From Anthoceros angustus (Eukaryota > Plantae > Anthocerotophyta): DNA of 40,132 bases. Positions 1 through 11,232 of this stretch are shown here, piece by piece. A program made the position numbers and the translations under genes. Numbering within the stretch: the stretch's first letter is position 1; each line of letters starts with the position of its first letter. The notes beneath the pieces are model-generated. The model was not told the origin of the DNA, searched no databases, and was given only the letters and a program-made list of their open reading frames with translations. The stretch covers positions 1 to 40,132 of the forward strand of contig VJWM01000360.1 of assembly GCA_010909165.1 (NCBI GenBank), read 5' to 3'.

Positions 1-1116
1 TAAATAAATCATATATGGAAGTACTCACTCTTGGTGTGAAGTCATCATTCTAAATATATTTGCTGCACAGCAATGCATACATATATAGATCCAAAGTGAC
101 TCTTTTATCGATATCTACCTCATATTTTGTATTTATCTCGATATTATGTGAAAAATTATATGAAGAAGGCGTTAGTCGATTATATTGACATTTGATTTTT
201 TCCACGATATGATATTGCCAGTGTAAAAACTTCTTGTTACTTACTTGTTGTATGCCCATTCTTCTCCTATAGAACTCTTCCTCAATGTAAGAGATTCAAG
301 CATTTGCTACTCTAGTGGATAGAAGGTTTTAAGGCCAATGGCCTCCTAGATTAGATGAATAGTCTCACTACCGGACTATACAAGATAGACTCTATTGTGC
401 TTATGACAGACGTGCCTAGATAGCTTATAGGTAGCTTTGCTAGTGTCCAGGGTGTCATGTATAATCTCTTTATAGTAGAATATAAGAATACCCTAATTCT
501 AGGTATATCTTGATATTCTAACACTTAAGACTTAAAGCGGCTTGCAACAAGCCCGGCTATGGTAGGCCTAGCTAACTGTGCTCGACATCGCCTTGGGTCT
601 TGCCATTTCACTCCGAGCTCAAGGGAAGTGGAACCTCACAATGCTTTATTTTTCTCAACATGCCCTTTGGTCTTGTCAATCCACTGTAGAGCCGATAACG
701 ATCTCTTCCTCTCAACACTGCATAGGCTCCAAGCACTCGCCGTCCTTGACAACTCGCAGCCACCTCGATGAGATGCTACTCTTATTTACAACGAGTAGAA
801 GCCTAATGCTAGCCATCCATGCTGGCTATGGCAACAAGACTCCACACAAAACCATTTCTAGCTCTCCCATCCAAGCGCCAAGCCCCGCTTGTCAAACTTC
901 CACCCCAAGCTCCAAAGCGGCGCTTCATCCCAGAGAAACCCTATGCGGTGCTTACTTTGGTAGTACACAATAGATATACCTTATTATTTTATTTAATAAA
1001 TCAATAACATCGAATCAGATTTTATATATTTCTATAAAATCCCTCCTTGCTTTGTCAGAGGGGTGGGTGGACTCGTCTCTGCTCTAAACGCACAAAATCC
1101 ATGCCTCATAAATTGC
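1..1116. repeat. Partial array unit (module A, R1, start of B)
   Basis: Colinear with 2720-3828 and with the A-R1 part of all later units. Confidence 0.9.
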
Positions 1117-2600
1117 TTGAAATGTACTTGCACTTCTTCACTGTCCTTACAATCATCTTTATCTACCTAGGGCATTAAGTAGTTAGTTAGTTGCTCTAGG
1201 TAGTTAGTGGTTAGGGTAGTTATAACACTTGATGGTTACAACTACTTATGGTTGTAACCACCTCCCTCCTAACCACCTTGCCTATAAATAGGCTTTGTAT
1301 TTTGTATTAAATCAATTGTCATAAGAATCTCTTCTCAAGAGCCTAGTGTATGATTTTCATCAGGTATCGAGCACAGCCCTTGTGGAGCACCTTGCTTGCT
1401 TTTTCCTCAAGGCCCTCTCTCCTCAATGCATGCATCTTTAGCTTTTCCAAATAGATCATGGAGCATGGAGACCTGCTTGAATAGCAACCAACTTGAGTGG
1501 AGCACACACGTTAATGATGCACTTGTGATTCACTTTGTTTGCCCTCCATGGATTGTATCAATCCCACAAAACAAGAGTAGAGAAAGATCAAGGCAAGAAT
1601 AAGAGACAACAACAACCGGACTATTTGCAATTCGAGGAAAACTTTGATCTCACGCCTAAATTGATGTTGAGGCACTGTCGCCTCATGAAGCCCTTGTTTC
1701 TAAGTCTGAGATAGAGTAGGTAACATAAATCACGCTAAAGATCTCTAACTTTTGACCTTTTGCAATCTAGCCATTGAGTCATTTATTTTAAGTACATTAA
1801 GCATAGGCCAAAGGTCTCACTCCCTAAGATCATACGTGATCTCTTGACTCTGGATTAATTCTTCATGCTACTAATAGATTGAATTATCTAACTGATCAAT
1901 TACATTCAATCATCGCGGTCTTCATGAACCGCCCTCCCAAGAGCCAATAGATCCAACTCACTTGTAAGCCCACAGATTTTGATGACTATGCATGATTCCC
2001 TTGAAGAAATGCTATAATTGCTCACGCTTCCTCTCCGCTAATACAAGGGAAGTCGTGGTCAAGCAGGCGCATCAATAAACACACCCAATGTTGGGTGGTA
2101 GACTTCTTGACGAGAAAGAAATTGCAGAAGGCAAGATATATTGAAGCCTGTATTTTATGGCTCAAGAAGAGCGAGAAATGGCAAGATGAACTTGAAAAGT
2201 TAAGAGAAGAAGAAGCAAGAATCAAAGCCCACTTTGTTTCAAGCACACAACTTCATGGAGAAAGATAGATTCAATGGAAGAGGATATGATGGCAAGACCG
2301 AGCAAGAGTGTACGTAGTCATGGCCTATGGAATATTGTCGAGGAACCGAGACCGAAAATTTTGGGACGAAGATAAACATGAAGAATGGGACGCTAAGGAC
2401 TTAAGGCCAGATATCCTTCTTCAAGGTCTTAATTCATACGCCAAGTTTGAGCCGCACATCTCATAACACGTGGGAGCGCCTAGCTCAATTATATGCCTCT
2501 AAAGACGGATGAGCTTATTGATCGCCACTCATATCTCCAACTGAAAATGAAGGAGAAATTCCATTGATCATCATATCAGCTTCCGTGTTGCTAAGAATAA
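1117..2600 (+). mobile_element. Truncated duplicate of the copia 5' end (LTR, PBS, leader, gag start)
   Basis: LTR ends '...tgattttcatca' at 1362, followed by a PBS remnant. 1373-2600 is colinear with 4086-~5393. It breaks off at 'gttgctaagaataa|tatcatagaaaaac' back into module A. The LTR left boundary is garbled and approximate. Confidence 0.9.
1363..1372 (+). promoter_or_regulatory. PBS remnant (tRNA-iMet type) of the truncated copy
   Basis: 'ggtatcgagc' directly after the LTR-terminal CA; the canonical site is TGGTATCAGAGC. Confidence 0.8.
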
Positions 2601-3828
2601 TATCATAGAAAAACTAATATGAATGAATTCAAATACATATGGAAGTACTCACATGTACCCAAAGCATAGTATACATGAAACAAAAAAGAAAAAATAGAAA
2701 AATTACACAAAATCTAATCTAAATAAATCATATATGGAAGTACTCACTCTTGGTGTGAAGTCATCATTCCCAAATATATTTGCTGCACAGCAATGCATAC
2801 ATATATAGATCCAAAGTGACTCTTTTATCGATATCTACCCTCATATTTTGTATTTATCTCGATATTATGTGAAAAATTATATGAAGAAGACGTTAGTCGT
2901 ATTATATTGACATTTGATTTTTTCCCGATATGATATTGCCAGAGTGTAAAAACTTCTTGTTACTTACTTGTTGTATGCCCATTCTTCTATAGAACTCTTC
3001 CTCAATGTAAGAGATTCAAGCATTTGCTACTCTAGTGGATAGAAGGCTCTCGAAGGCCAATGGCCTCCTAGATTAGATGAATAGTCTCACCACCGGACTA
3101 TACAAGATAGACTCTATTGTGCTTATGACATAGACGCAGCCTAGATAGCTTATAGGTAGCTTTGCTAGTGTCCAGTCATGTATAATCTCTTTATAGTAGA
3201 ATATAAGAATACCCTAATTCTAGGTATATCTTGATATTCTAACACTTAAGACTTAAAGCGTTAGCTTGCAACAAGCACGGCTATGGTAGGCCTAGCTAAC
3301 TGTGCTCGACATCGCCTTGGTCTTGCCATTTCACTCCCGAGCTCAAGGGAAGTGGAACCTCACAATGCTTTATTTTTCTCAACATGCCCTTTGGTCTTGT
3401 CAATCCACTCAGAGCGATAACGATCTCTTCCTCTCAACACTGCATAGGCTCCAAGCAGTCCTTGACAACTCGCAGCCACCGATGAGATGCTACTCTTTAT
3501 TTACAACGGAGTAGAAGCCGAATGCTAGCCATCCATGCCGCTGGCTATGGCAACAAGACTCCACACAAAACCATTTCTAGCTCTCCATCCAAGCGCCAAG
3601 CCCCGCTTGTCAAACTTCCACAAGCTCCAAAGCGAAGCGCTCATCCCACGACGAAACCCTATGCTCGTCACTTTGGTAGTACACAATAGATATACCTTAT
3701 TATTTTATTTAATAAATCAATAACATCGAATCGATTTTATATATTTCTATAAAATCCTCCCTTGCTCGGCCAGGGTCGTGGGTGGACTCGTCTCGCTCTA
3801 AACGCAAAATCCATGCTCATGCATTTGC

Positions 3829-4074
3829 TGCCATAAAAAATATTAGGCTTAGCACTATTCACTAGGGTACTAATTTAATCATTTTATCTACCTAGGCACA
3901 AAACTTTTCCTAGGTAGTTAGTTGGTTAGGTAGTTAACTTGATGGTTACAACTACTTATGGTTGTAACCACCTAACCTCCTAACCACCTTGCCTATAAAT
4001 AGCTTTGTATTTTGTATTAAATCAATTGTCATATAAGAATCTCTTCTCAAGAGCCTAGTGTATGATTTTCATCA
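3829..4074 (+). repeat. 5' LTR
   Basis: Starts TG and ends 'ttttcatca'. Colinear with 10965-11232, including the hairpin and 'cctataaata'. Confidence 0.85.
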
Positions 4075-4085
4075 TGGTATCGAGC
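4075..4085 (+). promoter_or_regulatory. Primer-binding site, tRNA-iMet type
   Basis: 'tggtatcgagc' immediately after the LTR, one base short of TGGTATCAGAGC. Confidence 0.9.
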
Positions 4086-5029
4086 ACAGCTCCTTGTGCT
4101 TGAGCACCTTGCTTGCTTTTTCTCAAGGCTCCTCTCTCCTCAATGCATCTGCATCTTTAGCTTTTCCAACAAGATCATGGAGCATGGAGACCTCGCTTTG
4201 AATAGCAACCAACTTGAGGGAGCACAACACGTTAATGATGCACTGATTCACCTCTGTTTGCCCTCCATGGATTGTATCAATCCCAGAAACAAGAGTATAG
4301 AGAAAGATCAAGGCTTCAAGAATAAGAGACAACAACAACCTGACTATTTGCAATTCAGAGGAAAACTTTGATCTCAACGCCCCGAAATTGATGTTGTTGA
4401 AGCACAAGTGTCGCTCATAGAAGCCCTTGTTTCTAAGTCTGAGATAGAGTAGGTAACATAAATCACGCAAAAGATCTCCTAACTTCCTTTGACCTTTTGC
4501 AATCTAGCGCCATTGAGTCGCCTATTTTAAGTACATTAAGCATAGGCCAAAGGTCTTCACTCCTAACCCGGATCATCCGCAGCGATCTCTTGACTCCATT
4601 AGAGCGTAATTCTTCATATTGCTACTAATGATAGATTGAATTATCTAACCGATCAATTACATTCAATCATCGACGCCTTCATGAACCGCCTCCCAAGAGC
4701 CAATAGATCCAACTCACTTGTAAGCCCACAGATTTTGATGACTATGCATGATTCCCTTGAAGAAATGCTATAATTGCTCACGCTTCCTCTCCGCTAATAC
4801 AAGCGGAAGTCGTCGTGTCAAGTACATGCATCTGCATCAATAAACACACCGAATGTCTCACCGTAGACTTCTTCGAAAGAAAGAAATTGCGAAGAGCAAG
4901 ATATATTGAAGCCTGGAATGTATGGCTCAAGAAGAGCAGCCAATGGCAAGATGAACTTGAAAAGTTCAAAAGAGAAGGAGAAGAAGAAGTTGCACCGAAT
5001 CAAAGCCCACCACTTTGTTTCAAGCACAC

Positions 5030-5770
5030 AACTTCATGGAGAAAGATAGATTCAATGGAAGAGGATATGATGTAGGCAAGACCGAGAAGGAGTGTGAAGT
5101 CATGGCCTATGGAATATTGTCGAGGAACCGAGACCGACACCTTTGGGACGAAGATAAACATGAAGAATGGGACGCTAAGGACTTAAGGGCCCAGATATCC
5201 TTCTTCAAGGTCTTACCAATTCATGGTACGCCAAGTTTCGTGGAGCCGCACATCTCAATACGTGGAGCGCTAGCTCAATTATATGCCTCTAAAGACGGAT
5301 GAGCTTATTGATCGCCCGTCATCTCCACAACCCGAAAATGAAGGAGAATGATTCCATTGATCATCATATCACGCTTTCCGTGTTGCTAAGAATAATCAAG
5401 CATCATCCGACGAGAAACTTCATCGAGAAAGCAGCTTTTATTGCTCTCCTTGCCTCCTTACCACCCTCCTATAGGTCCTTTGTGACAACACAAAATGCGT
5501 CCTTAGAGCCGCATGAGAAAGACGAATCGGCTCACCGGATATCGATGGAATTAATTGAGCCATTATAGCTGAGGATGCACCGTCGACAAGAGAATCGCGA
5601 TCTACGTGATGTTTACGCGAGGCGGTGGGAAGAGGGCGGGGGCCGAGGCGGAAGACCCTTTCCTCCTAGGCCAAATCCCATAGAACCGCTTCTTCCACTC
5701 AAGAGGTAAGAAGAAGGCTGGAGTTATTGTAATTGGTGCAAATCAATCACATGGAGAAGGATCACAAGAA
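5030..5770 (+). pseudogene. gag: copia gag (UBN2/Retrotran_gag_2-like core plus degenerate CCHC knuckle)
   Basis: Motifs across frames: FMEKDRFNGRGYDV, EEWDAKD, LAQLYASKD, KMKENDSIDHHIT, ALLASLPPSYRSFVTT, and CNWCK..H.EKD at ~5728-5765. Confidence 0.85.
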
Positions 5771-5878
5771 GAAGAAAAGAGCCCAAGAAGGAGGCACCGA
5801 GCAAATGTTGCAAGAAAAGAGCTCAGAAAATCAAGCATTCACCTGATGCTTGGCATCATCCAAGCCCTCAACCAATAT

Positions 5879-6200
5879 TGGTATTTAGACAACGTTACAT
5901 CTCATATCTGTCACAACTTAAACTCTTTTGAGTCTTACTCGATATGGACATCAAAGATCGGCGATGATCATAACCTCACATGTAGGTTCGTTCTCGATGC
6001 TCTTGTGCCAAGTTCTCTCTCTCTCATGTCCTCCATGTACCATCCATGTGTAAAAACCTAGTGTCACCGCTAGTTTGTGTTGAACATAGCATGCAAATTC
6101 TCCTCCAAGGATATTTGTCTTCTTTCTTATCTATCAAGTAAGTCGCACACCATCGCTTACACTAGAAGATGGACTATACAAACTCTCGGTCAAGTGGGTC
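5879..6200 (+). pseudogene. pol: copia aspartic protease remnant
   Basis: WYLDNVTSHIC at 5879 corresponds to WYLDSGA(T/S)xHM. The 3' boundary is approximate. Confidence 0.8.
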
Positions 6201-6254
6201 CCTCACATCTCATCAATGTAGCTTCCCAAAATTCTCACCTCCTCCCATACTATG

Positions 6255-6990
6255 CTTTGGCGCCGTTTAGGTCATCCTAATAGCCGATCCAAATGTCTAA
6301 GGGAAATTTTTATCACCTCCTCTCCAAGATAGAACCCCTCTTGGTGTGAAGCTTGTTGTCACCAAAGCACCAAGCTCCTTTTCATAACCCATCTCCACAG
6401 TGCTAAGGCACCTCTTGAGTTGGTTCATCGACATTTGTGGTCCCATTTCGCCTTCATTTAGTGGTTGCGATACTTTTTAACCTTCATTGATGATTACTCT
6501 CGTTTTGTCCTCACCTATATCCCGAGACACAAAAGCCCCTTTCTTTTCAAGGATTACATGATGTGAAGCGACTACGGATAAGAAACTCAAAACATTGCGT
6601 TCGAAAATGGTGGCGAGTTTACATCCAATAATTTTGCTGATTTTTGCCGAGCTGAAGGAATAGCTCGGAACTCAACTGTACACACTCCTCAAAATGGCGT
6701 CAGAGAATAAGAATTTACACCTACAAGAGATCCGTTGCTTGCTCACCAAGCCCAACTATCCAAGAGTTATTGAGGCCATTATGACAAACGTATCTCCTCA
6801 ATCGGCCCACCTCTGCGGTCAAGGTATGACACCTTATGAAGCTTTCCGTCAAGCCTCCATTGACCATCTTGATTTTGGATCACTGCGTATGTTTTATACC
6901 CAAAGTACAACGCAAGAAGTTAGACCTGCAGCCAAGTATACTTTCATTGGCTATCTAAGGCATCAAAGGATATAAGTTATTCCACCTTCC
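6255..6990 (+). pseudogene. pol: GAG-pre-integrase and integrase core
   Basis: LW(H)RRLGHPN, CEAC, PLELVH(S)DICGP, RYFLTFIDDYSRF, KTLRS(D)NGGEFTS..F..FC..EGI and TP(Q)QNGV, with 1-3 nt deletions. Confidence 0.9.
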
Positions 6991-7589
6991 ACAAATTATC
7001 TATGCCGAGCGTGACTTTTCATGAGTCCCCTTTACTTTCCCCTTGTGGGAGCTCACCACTCTCGATGTTCCTTCGATGCAACGGGTCCTCATCTTTTGAT
7101 GATGATGAATATGTCACCTTCATCCGCTCCATTTTGCGTTCCTTTTGTTGAACCTACTGCGGGAGGAGGAGGCTGATAGAACATATTCCACGTCGACCTA
7201 CTACACATCCGCACACAAGAACCTCTCCACTTGAGGATGACTATCATCTCGGGGCGATTTCATTATCCAGAATGAGCAATTGTGCATGATGACGAGATTG
7301 GAAGACGAAGATGAGTCGACTCACCAACACAAGAGCCACTCATGAGGAAGTCGACATTGAAGAAAATATTCCACAACAACACGCGAGGTACAACCGAGAA
7401 CTAGACCTAACATTCCAGACTGCAGATGGAAGGAACCACCCCTTGGATACCTTGCTACCATAGATGATCCCTCCTTTTCACCTTATCATCAAGGCTCAAA
7501 GCCCACAGTTGATCCGCCGCTTACCTTAAAACAAGCATTTTCCTCCCGAGAAAGACTTGTGGAAATAGTAATAGATTAGTCTCATTAGT

Positions 7590-8520
7590 CAAGAATTCTA
7601 CATGGAATTAGTGAAACCACCTAAGGGAAGAAAGATAGTGACTAGCAAGTGGGTATTCAAAATAAAAAGAAAGGCGATGGTTCCATAGAAAGATATAAGG
7701 CACGCTTAGTGGCAAGAGGGTTTACCAGTTATGGTTTAGATTACACAGGCCACCTATGCACCGGTTGCCAAGTTTGCCTCCCTAAGAATGATCTTTGCCT
7801 TGCACAATATGACCTACACCTCCATATGATGGGCGTCAAAGATACCTTCATGGGCGTGCAGAAGAAATTATATGAAACAGCCGAGGGCTATGAGGTCAAG
7901 GGAAAGGAAGACTTGGTATGCAAACTCATTAAATGCCTTTATAACAATCGAGCAAAGAATGGAACGTCATACATGTCAAGCTAGTTAACCGAGGCTTTCG
8001 ACAAAGCAAGCGGATGCTAGCATGTACATATTGAAATCGTAGTGATTTTCTATATCTCCGCTCTATGTTGAGACTTATTTATGGCCTCATCCTCACTCTC
8101 TCTCTTAAATGAAACCAAGGCATGGTTAAAGTCATTTTGAAATGACCGATTTAGGAGAGATGACTTATGCCCTTGGGGTTAATATTATAAGGGATAGAGG
8201 CAACAAAACTTTAAGCTTAGTACAAACTAAGTATATAAAAGAAAGCTTAGCCAAGTTTGGACTTGAAGATGCTAAGCCATCCACTACACCATTTGCAAGT
8301 GGCATTCGGCTCACTAAAGCTATGAGCCCTCAAACAGATGCGGAAAAACAAGAGATGTTAGCAGTCCCTTATAGACATGTGGTGGGTACCTTGATTTATT
8401 TAAGCAATTTTACAAGACCCGACATCTCCTTCGAAGTTAGTGCATGTTCCCAATTTCTTGAAAACCCTGGAAGAGAACATTGGGCATCATCAACGAATAT
8501 TTAGATATCTCAAAGGCACT
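7590..8520 (+). pseudogene. pol: Reverse transcriptase (RVT_2, copia type)
   Basis: NSTWELVKPPKGRKIVTSKWVFKIK, DGSIERYKARLVARGF, degenerate LYV(D)DLF at ~8061, and the open stretch 8142-8504 (TDLGEMTYALGVNIIRDR...PYRHVVGTLIYLSNFTRPDISF...PGREHW). Confidence 0.95.
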
Positions 8521-8579
8521 ATGCACCTGGATTAATGTTTAGCATCGACCCGGCATCCCGGTTAATTCTAGCATTTGCG

Positions 8580-9023
8580 ATGATTATGCGCGATCCTGAT
8601 ACAAGTCCGTGATCGTTACATATTATTACCGGAGGAGCACCCATATCATGGTCAAGTAAGAAACAACCAACCATTGCCCTCCTGGCACGAGTCCGAATAT
8701 AGAGTCCTAACCTCGGTTTCCAAGGATATTGTCAAGCAGTTAGCTTTAAGTGAACTTGGTCATCCTCGAATGATCCCACTCCTCTATTTAGTGATAGCAG
8801 GGAGCCATAGCCTTAGCTAGAAACCCCATCTTTCACTCTCGGACCAAGCATATAGCCGTTGAATATCACTACATTCGAGAAATGCTAGAAAATAAGACAA
8901 TAAACATAAGTTATGTCCAAACCCATGAGAACCCAAATTGATATCCTAACTAAGTCTTTAGGACAAGATTTACAAAACAAACACATGAGAAGTTTAGGCA
9001 TAGTGTATGTTAAATCACCCTAA
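8580..9023 (+). pseudogene. pol: RNase H; pol stop at 9021-9023
   Basis: ISWSSKKQPTIAL, GAIALARNPIFHSRTKHIAVEYHYIRE, DILTKSL...LGIVYVKSP*. Confidence 0.9.
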
Positions 9024-9712
9024 CCTTGGTTGATTAAGAAGAAAAACTTTATTGGGCATTAAAAATAGATCTCCTAAAGGTCAAGTATTTTGTCCAATTC
9101 ATTAAGTTCTTCTCTATCTCTACACAGTCCTCATTGTATTCTCTATCCTCCTCTGAGTTTCCAAAATGAACCTAGTACATATAAGTAATCAGTTTTAATA
9201 ATTTATAATAATTAGATTTTGCACTAATTAAATGCGGTTAATTGTGGCACTTAGGGCACTCACAATAGATGTGTTTTGTGTGCCCCTCATATTCCTCACA
9301 TGGCTTACAGCCTAGCCACCATATGAATGCCTTTGTTGGCATGTATACTCTGGGCTTCGATTTCAATATCCCGGGACATATTAAATACACATTTTGGCTA
9401 GATCAGCTTTAGGCAATAGAGAATCGGATCTCATATGTATTCCTTTTCCCACTTTCACCGGGAGCCACCTTTATACCTCCAGTCCCAATACATTTGTCTA
9501 AACCTAAAAAGAAATACAATTTAGTTTTAGGTTAATAAACCAACCATATAAATAGGATAATATAGTAGGAGTTTTTTGTTTTAGTTTTACTAAACGCTCT
9601 TACATATTTTCTTTTCTCCTATTTCGTTTCCCTATTTTGGTCCACTTTTCCTATCGCAATCCTCACTTCCTTAAGAATTTCTTCATATCCTGTCAATACG
9701 AGGAAATGTCGG

Positions 9713-10195
9713 TCATTTATGTTGCGGTGAAATTTCAATCGAGCTACTTACTGAGGCGGCTTTGAAGCTTTCAGCGTGCTCAGGATGAAGAAATTTTTCC
9801 CGACGCACTGCACGTGACCTCCATGAGGGACTTCCTTCAGCAACAGGCTCCTCTGCGACAGGCTGCTCAACAATTGGTGACTTTGCAAGTTTGTGGGCAG
9901 CACCGCTGGACACCTCCATCTCCTCCGAATCAATTTGGAATTTGTCATCTTCATATGCTGGATCATCTTCCGAATCCGTCGATATGCAAACAATTGGTGG
10001 AGGCTTGAACAATGAAGCTAGATCTGGTGGCCGTTTTGCTCTCTCAGTGTCCTCACTTCTGCTATGGGAGGCAGTGGAGGAAGGGCTATGTCCCCTTAAC
10101 ACCCTTTTACCTGCACAGGAGAAGAACAACATTAAGGCAACACAGGCATCAAAATTTACAGCTACTGGATGCGGGATCTTGACCTCGGCACTCAC
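9713..10195 (-). CDS. Antisense ORF in the copia 3' region; S/E/D/P-rich hypothetical protein, 160 aa
   Basis: Longest ORF in the window, in a GC-richer island. Contains the acidic tract STDSEDDPAYEDDKFQIDSEEMEV. GTG start only, no recognised domain. Confidence 0.35.
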   Translation of the reverse strand: MSAEVKIPHPVAVNFDACVALMLFFSCAGKRVLRGHSPSSTASHSRSEDTERAKRPPDLASLFKPPPIVCISTDSEDDPAYEDDKFQIDSEEMEVSSGAAHKLAKSPIVEQPVAEEPVAEGSPSWRSRAVRREKFLHPEHAESFKAASVSSSIEISPQHK

Positions 10196-10294
10196 GGGGA
10201 GGCCCCATCGGGCCTTCCTCCTCCATCAACGTTCTCTCATTTCTTGGAGGTCTACAAGATGATTGAAGACCGAGCTTTGGCGGCAAGATGTCTG

Positions 10295-10777
10295 CTTGAT
10301 GGTTACAACTACTTATGGTTGTAACCACCTTGCCTATAAATAGGCTTTGTATTTATCTCGATATTATGTGAAAAATTACACAAAATCCCTCCCCTCCACA
10401 CCATGTCGTGAAGGAATTGCGGCATGGCGTGTTCGAGTTGAGCATTCACCGGCCCGGGCTTGTGGACTCGTCTCTCGTTCTAAAACGCACAAAATCCATG
10501 CTCATGCCCTCGCTCGACATCGCCTTGGGTCTTGCCATTTCACTCCGAGCTCAAGGGAAGTGGAACCTCACAATGGTATCTTCCTCTCAACACCGTGCTA
10601 GGCTCCAAGCATCGCGTGGTAGAGTTGTGGATGTGGTAGGCCTAACTCACTCCTAAGCGCAAGGGAAGTGGAACCTCACAATGGTATCTTCCTCTCAATA
10701 CATACTAGGCTCCAAGCAGCCCACCGTCCTTGACGACTTACAGCCACCTCACACCATATCTTTCGTTACTTACTTGT
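10295..10777. other. Patchwork of short fragments of the LTR and modules A, B, C, R1 and R2
   Basis: Successive ~15-60 bp pieces match other parts of the window and overlap by short microhomologies. Confidence 0.85.
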
Positions 10778-10952
10778 TTTATTAATTGGTTTAAGTTCTC
10801 TTAAAATTTGTTTAGGTTCTTAAACTTATTTCCGCTTTCTTTTCATAGCTTAAGTTTTGATTACTTTTCTTAGGCTTATAGCTTGTTATTTAGTGGGAGT
10901 CTATTGACATTTTAGGCCTCATTTTAATGGTAGTTCTCTCACCCACGTTCAT

Positions 10953-10964
10953 AGTGAGTGGGAG
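10953..10964 (+). promoter_or_regulatory. Polypurine tract
   Basis: 'agtgagtgggag' abuts the 3' LTR start. Confidence 0.8.
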
Positions 10965-11232
10965 TAATGAAATAGATTAGGTTAGGGCACTATTCACTAG
11001 GGTACCTAACTTAATCATCTTTATCTACCTAGGGCATTAAGTAGTTACTAGTTAGTTGCTCTAGGTAGTTAATGGTTAGGGTAGTTATAACTACTTGATG
11101 GTTACAACTACTTATGGTTGTAACCACCTAACCTCCTAACCACCTTGCCTATAAATAGGCTTTGTATTTTGTATTAAATCAATTGTCATATAAGAATCTC
11201 TTTCTCAAGAGCCTAGTGTATGATTTTCATCA
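10965..11232 (+). repeat. 3' LTR, 268 bp
   Basis: Begins 'taatgaaat' and ends 'attttcatca' (imperfect terminal inverted repeat, TG read as TA). It matches 3829-4074 and is followed by module B. Confidence 0.92.
11150..11157 (+). promoter_or_regulatory. LTR TATA box
   Basis: 'cctataaata' occurs in all three LTR copies, ~80 bp before the LTR end. Confidence 0.7.

Larger units (their letters stand above)
3829..11232 (+). mobile_element. Full-length Ty1/copia LTR retrotransposon, 7.4 kb, frames disrupted
   Basis: Domain order gag-PR-INT-RT-RH; two ~250-270 bp LTRs; PBS and PPT present. Flanks 'tttgc' (3824-3828) and 'cttgc' (11233-11237) are a 4/5 match for a 5-bp TSD. Other units show the empty site 'gattgcttgcacac' (e.g. 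~36611). Confidence 0.95.

Noticed and set aside
9501-9556. 9-bp inverted repeat (aacctaaaa/ttttaggtt) and a TATA-like 'tataaatagg' in the 3' region
   Set aside because: Expected by chance in very AT-rich DNA, with no further LTR similarity.
11060-11145. Telomeric repeat (ttaggg/cctaac motifs in the LTR)
   Set aside because: Isolated, non-tandem motifs that are part of the LTR dyad structure.
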